Positions 1 to 12,605 of a stretch of 64,000 nucleotides of DNA are shown piece by piece. The position numbers and the translations under genes are program-made. The notes under the pieces are model-generated. The model was not told the origin of the DNA. It was given only the letters and a program-made list of their open reading frames with translations, and ran no database searches. Where the stretch lies: NCBI RefSeq assembly GCF_009914755.1, contig NC_060947.1; one strand, given 5' to 3'. The DNA comes from the human T2T-CHM13v2.0 reference genome, Homo sapiens. How positions within the stretch are numbered: the first letter of the stretch is position 1; each line of letters begins with the position of its first letter.

Positions 1-75
1 GTGTGTACATGTGCATATGGGTATCAGGAGAGTGTTTCTGCTGTTGTTCATTATTTGTTTCCTGAGGTGATTTAG

Positions 76-410
<335 letters not shown>

Positions 411-2107
411 TGAAGAAGAAACTTGAAAACACATTACCATCTATGAATGAGTAACATTTGAAGTTACAAAAATAATTTTAATTCCTTCTTGGCACAATAG
501 CTGAGCCTTCTGCTACTCCGCCTCCACACAAAATACCTAGTGACTCTTCATATTGATAGTGTGTGCCTAAAACAGAGAAGCAATATGAACATGACTAGTA
601 TGACAGAAGTAAACTGCACTTTATTGCTTCTCTTCATTTGGAAACTAGACCTCTCACCAATTCGAGTAATCCAGCACTAAGGCAGGTTCTATATTCAAGT
701 CATTTACAAGAAGAATCAGAGTCAGTCAAGGAAAGCCACTATTTTTCTCTATCAAATCCATAAAAATAAATGTGTTAGTTTTCATCCTTCAGCTAGGAAC
801 AAAAATTTTCCTGATGTCACATAGATATAGATAGAAAACAACCAATTTAGCTATTACCCTATGATGGAATCAAAAGAATCACCAGATATTCTTTCTGACT
901 AATCAAGTCCAATAACTACCTCAAGCTTAATTGCTGTATTTTTTTTTCAGAAAACGTTAGTTGAAATGTAATAATTATTCAACAGACAAATCTCATTCTG
1001 ACCTAATTAAGTCAAATATTTTTAAGAAGCCATATATGTATAATTACCTTACTTTAATTCATTATCATTATAAGAAATGTTTAATTACCTCATTGGTATT
1101 ATAAAATATTAAGTTGAATTTAAATTACAAACTAAAATGTCACTTGGTAGGCAATTAAGATATATTTAACTAACCTAGTAAAAATGTTTTGTGTTACAGA
1201 AAATCCAAATATCGTTTGACGTTTACATAGCAAAAAATAACATATCCAAAATGTTCGGTTACCAGAGAAAAAATAACAGACCAGACAGTCACATAGCAAC
1301 ATGGATAGATCTTAAAAATAATACCAAGTGAAACAGCAAGAAACAATGATATGTAACAACACATGCATAAATTTAAAATGCATGTCCGCATACTACAGTA
1401 TGCATTTTATTAACACTCAGGCAAAAGAAACAATATGGATAAAATTTATTAGAGTGATTGACATTGAAGAGAAGGAGAGCACTGGGGAGTGGAAATAAAG
1501 AGAAATAAATGAGTGAATAAATAAACAGCAGAGAGTCCTGAACAATGAACTCAGAGAATGTGATTAACTGAGCCTTCTAGACTTGATGTAAAAACCCTCC
1601 ACGACCACCCCAAACAGAAAGTTCTGGGTGGAGGGGAGGTAAAAAGTAATGACCAAAATTATTTAGAAATGCTGGTGTATAGAGATGATAATTAAAAAAA
1701 GACCAGCTCATACTGTTTCATTCTTCTATTAAAATTTGCTGTAGACAATGTTCCCCTCTATCGCCTTAATCGGGGTAGACCAATCCCACTGTTCCACCCT
1801 TGGTAGGCTACTGCTTTTCCTTAAACTTCTTAGCAAGGAAGTGTCCTAATTAGTGATGTATGGCCAGCAGTCACCATTATTTCAGTGTTTAGGGTTGCTG
1901 TCAATGACATTCACTAGGTTGACACTTTTGGTCTTTCTGAGGGCGTTTATGTGCTTATCCCATAGAGTGACATGCAATAAACACCACTATGAGATATGAC
2001 GCCTGGAGGTAATTTCTTAGTCTGCCTTTTTGGGGGGATGGTTCATTGTCACAGAACACAAAACACATCTCAACACTGCCCTCCTCTCACAATGTGCACA
2101 CATACAG

Positions 2108-2110
<3 letters not shown>

Positions 2111-2144
<34 letters not shown>
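2111..2144 (+). repeat. (CA)n microsatellite
   Basis: About 17 CA units. Confidence 0.97.
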
Positions 2145-2149
<5 letters not shown>

Positions 2150-2379
2150 ATGCTGAAACAGCAAATCCCTTTCTTCTTTGCCTTTGGGATAATATGTTAA
2201 AGAGAAATGTCTGGCTAACTGTGGACCTGCTGCTGCTCTGACTGCAATCCTGCAAGAACTCACATCCCTCTATTCACACACTTCCCTTATCCCTTCCTCT
2301 CCCCATCCCCACCATCAGGGAACAGGAAGAGACGCACACATGTTTTTATATATTTCTGATTTTGTTTAAATTACCACCA

Positions 2380-2549
2380 TAAACAAAAATAAGCAAATAG
2401 GATTGTATCAAGCTAAAAAGCTTCTGCACAGCAAAGGAAACAATCAAGTAAAGAGACAACCCCCAGATTGGGAGAAAAAATGCAAATCACACATCAGATA
2501 AGGGGATAATATCCAAAATATACAAGGAACCCAAACTACACAATAACAA
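2380..2549 (+). mobile_element. Old L1 ORF2 3' fragment
   Basis: CTAAAAAGCTTCTGCACAGCAAAGGAAACAATC...GATAAGGGGATAATATCCAAAATATACAAGGAAC. Confidence 0.85.
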
Positions 2550-4569
2550 GTTTACCATCTTTGTAACATTGGTCTGTAAGTGGTTGGTCATGTTTCCATA
2601 GGCTACTTTCTTTTGAGACTCAGAGGATAATTCTAGGTCTGTAAACATCACTAGAGGAGCAGTGAAATTAATTGGGATTTCCTGGTTATGCTCCAGCAGT
2701 GTCTTTCTCTTATTTTGATTCACTATCTTCAGATGGTGGTAACAGATGAATATTGCTGACTTTGTTTATGTCTTGTGCTTTCTTGATTGGGAGATAGATA
2801 TTTTGGAGGATCTTTGGCCTGCACATGCTTGCAGGGGCATTTCTACCCTTTTGGCTATCTCATGTACCTGGAAAGGCAACACAGTGAGCATAGAAGGGCA
2901 TTCATTTGGTAGAGGAGATTGAGGACTGGATGGAAACCCTGAGAAGCATGTGGTCTAGTGGGGGTACTTGTGCTAGGCAAGCACAGTGTAGGGGTCTTGG
3001 GTGGAGAATCTATAGGGTAGAAGAGCATGGGCAGGGTCATCTGATCTTGTCACTGCCTCTGCACTCACACTGGCAAGGAGTCATCCTCTCTTTCATTTCT
3101 TCTACAGTGCTTGTGAATGGTTGTTCCAAGGTTGAGTGTGGTTGGTCTGTGCTTATGGTTGGTTGTCCTCCATGTGTGGTTGGCTGTTCAATGTCTGTGC
3201 CAGACTATTTGCCAAGTGTCTCATCCACATTGAAGCCAAGCAGTGGTCCTCTCCAGGGTTCCTACCTTCCTTATTTATAACTCTTGTCTAGGCAATGAAG
3301 AACCACATTGTTAGGCTTTGTTTGGTTATCAAGTTTCTCCTCCAGACAGTGCAGCCCTGGAGTGGCTTACCATCCCAAAGCACCATTGCTGACTCCTCCA
3401 TGATGATTGTGGGGGGTGCCGGTGAAGTGTGGAGGAGGCCAAGATTCTCTGGTTGGAGGAAAAGGAAGTTTCTTTAGAACCCCCGAAAGATTCATCCCAA
3501 AGTAACTGGAGACCCGTTCACATTTCCCCTGGTTCAATTCTGATGGTACACATAGCAGGAAGAGAGAGTATTCTCCAAGTCTCTCCCCATAGCCACCCCC
3601 ATCCAGTTGTTCATTCTGTTCTCTCTCAGTCTTCGTCATTATCTAGTATTTTGAATGGCTTGCCAAAATCCTTCCAAGGCATTGTGACCATTTTTAAGCC
3701 TCCATGGGGGTATGAATCTTCCCACTCCTCTTCTACAAATTCCCCTTATTTGCCTTAAAGACCAGTCATTTCTTGGTTCCTAGCAGACAACTTTCCCATC
3801 CTGCCTCCTTTTTCCAATGTTCTCATAGCTCTCCTCAGCTTTTAGTTTTCAATCCAAAATCACTGGCTTTAGGCTGCCAAGGCTTCCATGAATAAACTTG
3901 CTCTACAGTGTATCCCCAACTTAATTCATATCTGGGAAATCTTGTTTATTTCTGTAGGTATAATATGCAGACTTGGATTTTACTACTACAGGTGAGGAGG
4001 GGGAAATATGCACATGCTGGGAGTTGTTCTGGGTTATTTTCATCAGGAAACTACAACCTTAGACTTACTAGTGTACCCAGGGAGGGGCTTACCTTAACCA
4101 AAGGTATGTGTGCCTCATGTGAAAGGCATTTCTCAGTATGCATCCTCAGACAGCAGACACATTTTTCATCATATTTTACTGCTGACCTTGTTAACATGCT
4201 GCCTTCCTTCTTTATCCTATGGCCTTCCGGAGAAATAAAGCAGGAAGAAGAACACTAGAAGAATAAATTTTTATAAACAATTTAAACAAGCTCTCACTCT
4301 CTGGGAAGATGTGAATAAGTCCTGTCCTGACCATTTGCCTCTAATTCAGGTTTTTAGCTTGGAAGGGAGTCATGGAGTTAACCACAGGCCTTATGTTCCT
4401 CATTTTGACAGCAGATTCAGTCACCTCTAGTCCTCACCTGAGCATGTGACCTTTTGCCATTATGAGTGCTTTGTGGGTTTCCTATAAAGCAATCACTTCT
4501 TGGCGTCACTGGTTGCTTACCTGTAGAAGATGTATTGATACATTATACTACTTACAATGATTATTTTAA

Positions 4570-5312
4570 TAGAAAGCATGACAAACACAACATAAACACA
4601 CTCAGATAAAAGGGACAAACTTGAAAAATTATTTGCAGCATAGATCACAGGTAAAGGACCAATATCACTAATATGTAAAGACTTTAAAATAGTGTGACAA
4701 GACCGAAAATGTGATGGAGGAAAAAATGGAAAAAAGAAGACATGATCAGAAAATTTATTTTAAAAATATAGAACTAACCCTTAGGAATCTGAAAACATGT
4801 TTAACCTCACTAAAGTATGAGAAATTCACATATAAACTACTCTGAGAAATAGAAACCATCTCACAACTGACAAAATATCAAAATTAATAGCCAAGAACAT
4901 TAAAACAGTTATTATGACTGTATTCTGTATGTTCAAAAAGTAAAGTACAGATATGAAGACAAAAGAGTCATGTATAACTGTAGGAGATGAAAACTATAGT
5001 ATTTCAGTTGGCAAATTCACTCGAAGGATTAGTGGCAGCTTAGACATGGCAGTAAGAAAGGATAGTTTGCTTTAAGGCATAACAGTTGAAGCCATCCAGA
5101 ATGAGATAGAGAATCAATCAATATATGAAATGGATAATGTACCATGATAAAGTAGAGTTTCCCCTAGGAATCATGCTTTTTTAAACATTCTAATATCATC
5201 AATGAATTAAAAACAAACATATAATCATCTCAATAGATTCAAAAAACACATTTCACCAAATCCAACACACTTTCATGATAAAAAACAGTAAACTAAAAAG
5301 AGAATGTAAATT
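4570..5312 (+). mobile_element. Mosaic of ancient L1M fragments (ORF2 end, ORF1, ORF2 RT)
   Basis: A-rich degenerate L1 motifs such as ATCATCTCAATAGATTCAAAAAACACATTTCACCAAATCCAACAC. Confidence 0.7.
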
Positions 5313-5334
5313 ACAAGTGAAAGACTGGGGAAAC

Positions 5335-6055
5335 AGCCTGAGCTGTACACTGGCCCCTTTTAGCCACAGCTGGAATGCAGGGCACCAAGTCCCAAGACTG
5401 CACAAAACAGCAAGGCCCTGGGCCTGGCCCAGGAAACCATTTTTTCCTCAAGGCCTTTGGGCCTGTGATGGGAGGGGCAGCCAAGAAGACCTCCGGCATG
5501 CCTGGAGACATTTTCCCCATTGTCTGGGTGATTAACATTTGGCTCCTTGTTACTGATGCAAATTTCTGAAGCTGGCTTGAATTTATCCCCAGAAAATGAT
5601 TTTGTCTTTTCTAACGCATTGATAGGCTGCAAATGTTTCAAACTTTTATGCTCTGCTTTCTCTTGAATGCTTCCTTTTAGAAATTCCTTCCACCAGATAC
5701 CCTAAGTCAACTATCTCACATTCAAAGTTCCCCAGATCTCTAGAGCAGGGGCAAAATGCTGCCAGTCTCTTTGCTAAAGCACAGAAAGAGTGACCTTTGC
5801 TCCAGTTCCCAAGAAGTGCCTCATCTCCTTTTGAGACCATCTCAGCCTGGACTTCACTGTCCACATCATTATCAGCTTTTTTTGTCAAAACCATTCAACA
5901 AGTTTCTAGGAAGTTCCAAACTTTCTCACATCTTTCTGGCTTCTTCTGAGCCCTCCATTGTATTCCAGCCTCTGCCTGTTACCCAGTCCCAAAGTCACTT
6001 CCACATTTTTGGGTATCTTTATAGCAGCACCCCACTGTCTGTGGTACCAATTTAC
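5335..6055 (-). mobile_element. THE1 (MaLR) internal sequence, 5' part only
   Basis: Ends AGCAGCACCCCACT...GGTACCAATTTAC adjoining the LTR; no second LTR on the left. Confidence 0.9.
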
Positions 6056-6436
6056 TTTATTAGTCCATTTTCACACTGCTACAAAGAACTGCTGGAGACT
6101 GACCAATTTATAAAGGAAAATGGTTTAATTGACTCAGAGTTCAGCATGGTTGGGGAGGCCTCAGGAAACTTACAATCACGGCAGATGGTGAAGGGAAAGC
6201 AAGTCACCTTCTTCACAAGGTGGCAGGAAGGAGAAGTGTCAAGCAAAGTGGGGAAGAAACCCCTTATAAAACCATCAGATCTCATGAGAACTCACCCACA
6301 ATCATGAGAACAGCATGGGGGAAATCACACCCATGATTCAATTACCTCCACCTTGTCTCTTCCTTGACACGTGGGGATTAAGGGGATTACAGTTCAGGAT
6401 GAAATGTGAGTGGGTATACAAAGCCTAACCATATGA
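6056..6436 (-). mobile_element. THE1C/THE1D 5' LTR
   Basis: TATTAGTCCATTTTCACACTGCT ... AGCCTAACCATATGA. Confidence 0.9.
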
Positions 6437-7303
6437 TCTACCATCTATAGAAACATTCCAGGAAGAGAGGTGAGTAAACATAACCCTGAGAAATATTACA
6501 ACCTACCCCCAATTTACAATGTGTCTAAAAGGAAGAGGATGTCACCAAATCCAGTTCAATGTGCAGAAAGTTCCATTATTTAAAAAGCCCAATCCTATTA
6601 CCTTCCTCCTCTAACCGCAGTCCAGAAATATTGCTGGAATTTGCAGTGGCTCTCAATTTCCCACTGGGAGGATAGTTGAAGAGAAAAATTAGAAGGATTG
6701 TAAAAGCTCAGACTTAATTATTGCCAACAATAAAAAGAAATGCAGTCAAACAGAAGACCAAAAAGAAAATAAAACCCAAGGGAGTGGGAGTTGGGAGAAA
6801 TGACATCTGAATGAGCAATGAGCCTTTAACACTTAATGTCTGCTCTCAGTGCGATGAGACCATAACCCAAAACCCCCTTCAACCTATCATTTTGCACTCT
6901 TTTTGAAGTAGTAGAAATGTGCCTTAAGATAGAAATGCTGCAAAAGAAGAAAATAAACTAGGAAAAGTTACAGGACACTTAAGAAGGCCTTAAAAGACAA
7001 GGCAAATCCTAAGTCTGGTAAACAGTTCTGCCCATGGACATAGATGATAGCTTTTTTTCCCCACACTTACTCATTCCTCTAGATGAGAGGAGACTTAGCT
7101 CCCAAATGGTGTCTCCCCATAAAGGAAAAAGAAAAAAATTACAACACAATGAAATGGGAGTCAAGATGAATCCATGTAAATTATATCAACAGAAATAGGC
7201 TGCTTAGTATAGCTACATCTGCCTTGTATTGCTGGATTTCCCTACTTGGCCTAAGAGGGTCCAATGAAGAAAAAAATATAGACTACTTAGAGCTCTCCAC
7301 TTT

Positions 7304-10232
<2,929 letters not shown>

Positions 10233-10234
10233 TT

Positions 10235-10905
10235 AAATAGAATTAATTTTTTAATATGTTAAGACATCTATGTAAAACTTCTTTGGTTGAGGGTGGAGGA
10301 AAAATGGAAAAAAAAAGAACAAGCAAACACATATTTTGTTAAAAAGGAAATAAAAAGAATAATTTATCCAGAAAATGTTCAACACTATACTGAATACAAT
10401 GAAATTTATTAAAACAAGAAATCAAAAATAAGATGATAAAGCATCAAAGTGAATCTTCAAATGAAAAGGAATAGTGCAAAGTGAAGGAAACAATTGAGGA
10501 CTTAAACACTATTGTTATTGAACTAATAAATAATGTATAAACAGCAAGTAACTGAGCAGTCACAGATGAAAACCAAATATAATTTGTTATTCCAAAAGTA
10601 GAATCCCCAACTGGAAATGGAAATGAAAGTGAAATAAAAAGCATTACAAAAATAATTCAGAATCTGCAGATTAAAATGTCACACTATACCTTAAAAGATC
10701 AGATACAAAATTGTCAACATTTAGATAGTCTGGTTGTGTTATTTAATTTTAAGGAACAAACAGTTATTCTTTAGTCATCGAGGCAAATAAAACAAGGGAG
10801 GGGAGATTACACTGGCCCTAAAAGTGTCCACAGAAACCTTCATCTTATAAAAGGATGCTGTCTGCAAAATATTAAATTTAAAAAGTATAACCACAAAACA
10901 TTGAC
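10235..10905 (+). mobile_element. HAL1 / ancient L1 ORF1-like fragment
   Basis: Degenerate A-rich ORF1-like sequence that hosts the L1PA insertion. Confidence 0.5.
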
Positions 10906-11142
10906 TCAACTGTGGCAAAGGTAGCTAGTTTTTCATGTATACTTATTCTCACAATAATAGAGCTTTGTTGATCTTATGGGCATAAAGCTAAACTATACTT
11001 TTCCCACCCTATCTTTTCCTGAATTTGACTATAAAGTAGAATTAAGTACCAGCCAATGGATTATGAGCAAGAAGTGATGTTTTATTCCAGATAATACACA
11101 TCAAGACATAGAACGTACTCTCTCATTTTACATTTCCCCATT

Positions 11143-11496
11143 TGATATGGTTAGGCTGTGTCCCCATTCAAATCTCAACTTGAATTGTATCTCCCAGAAT
11201 TCCCACATGTTGTGGGAGGGACCTAGTGGGAGGTAATTGAATCATGGGGCCCAGTCTTTTCCGTGTTATTCTCGTGATAGTGAATAAGTCTCACGAGAGC
11301 TGATGGGTTTATCAGGGGTTTCCACTTTTGCTTTTTTCTTATTTTCTCTTGCCACTTCCATGTAAGAATCACCTTTCACCTCTCACCATGATTCTGAGTG
11401 CTCCCCAGCCATGTAGAACTGTAAGTCCAATTAAACCTCTTTTTCTTCCCAGTCTTGGATATGTCTTTATCAGCAGCTTGAAAACAGACTAACACA
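11143..11496 (+). mobile_element. THE1A solo LTR
   Basis: TGATATGGTTAGGCTGTGTCCCCATTCAAATCTCAACTTG ... GACTAACACA; 5-bp TSD CCATT/CTGTT, both derivable from CCGTT by CpG decay. Confidence 0.93.
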
Positions 11497-11543
11497 CTGT
11501 TCTTTCTCACTAGCTCAAATGAAGACATCATGTTGGGCTCAAT

Positions 11544-12605
11544 TGTGGGTTGAATTATGTCTCTCCAAAAAGATATATTCGTAGAAGAAAATGCCAGGTT
11601 AAATCTTCATGACTTTGGATTTGGCAATAGATTGTTAGATACGACATAAAAAGCACAAGAAACATACACAAAAAACAGATAAATTGGATTTCATCAAAAT
11701 GAACAATTTTGGGGTATCAAAGATCATTATCAAGAAAGAAAAAGACAACACACAGAATGCAATATAATTGCATATCCCATATCTGGTAAGGGTCTAGTAT
11801 CTATACTATATGAAGAACTCTTACAGGTGAACTAGAAAGAGACAACCCAATTTTTACAATAGACAAAGGATCTAAATAGACATTAATCCATAGAAGATAT
11901 ACAAATGGTCAAAAAGGACATGAAAAGATTCTTAGTATCATTAGTCATTAGGAACATGCAAATCAAAACCACAAAGAGGTCCTACTGCATATCCCCTAGT
12001 ATGGCTACAATAATAATAATGAAAACAGAACATAACAAGTGTTCAAAAGATGTGGAAAAATTGAAATTGTAGTTTATTGCTGGTAAGAGTGTAAAATTAT
12101 TCAGCCACTATGGTAAACAGTTTGGTGGTTCATCAAAAAGTGAAATATAGAAATACCATGTAACCCTATAGTCCACTCCTAGCTATATACTCAAATAAAT
12201 TGAAAACAGGAACTCAAGCAAATACATGTACATATACGTTCACAGCAACATTATTCACAATAGTAAAGAGGTAGAAAGAGCTCAAATGTTCATCAACAGA
12301 TAAATGGTATACCCATTTTTTAGGAGGGGAATCTGAATGCAGATTCAGGAAGGTGGCCATGGGATGCTTGAGTCAGAGATTGGAGTGAAAGCAGCTGCAT
12401 GCCAAGGAACACGAAATATTGCTGGCAACCACCAAAAGGCAGGAAGAGATAAGAAAGTGTTCTTCCCTGGAGACTTCAGAAGGAGCATAGCCCTGCACAC
12501 ACCTGAATTTTTGACTTTCTGGCCCCCAGAAGTGTGAGAGTATAAATTTCAATTGTTTTAAGCTGTTGTGGTAATGTGTTACAGCAGTCCTAGAGAATGA
12601 ACCCA
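11544..12605 (+). mobile_element. MLT1C-like LTR split by an L1 insertion
   Basis: Start TGTGGGTTGAATTATGTCTCTCCAAAAAGATAT (11544-11580); resumes near 12340 and ends GTAATGTGTTACAGCAGTCCTAGAG. Confidence 0.8.
11581..12320 (+). mobile_element. L1MB/MC ORF2 3' fragment
   Basis: ATGCAAATCAAAACCACA, GAAGATATACAAATGG, CACAGCAACATTATTCACAATAG motifs. Confidence 0.85.

Larger units (their letters stand above)
1730..4520 (-). pseudogene. Candidate decayed multi-exon gene relic (or spliced lncRNA exons), product unidentified
   Basis: Six exon-like blocks (4520-4438, 4226-4093, 3951-3069, 2867-2556, 2249-2144, 2002-~1730) bounded by minus-strand splice-like sites; in-frame 21-bp repeat; frames carry stops and frameshifts. 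Confidence 0.5.

Noticed and set aside
2906-4258. Plus-strand ORFs of 109-124 aa
   Set aside because: Non-ATG starts and no plus-strand splice architecture; better explained as antisense shadows of the minus-strand relic
5275-6307. ORFs up to 183 aa
   Set aside because: Lie within THE1 internal and LTR sequence; typical spurious MaLR ORFs
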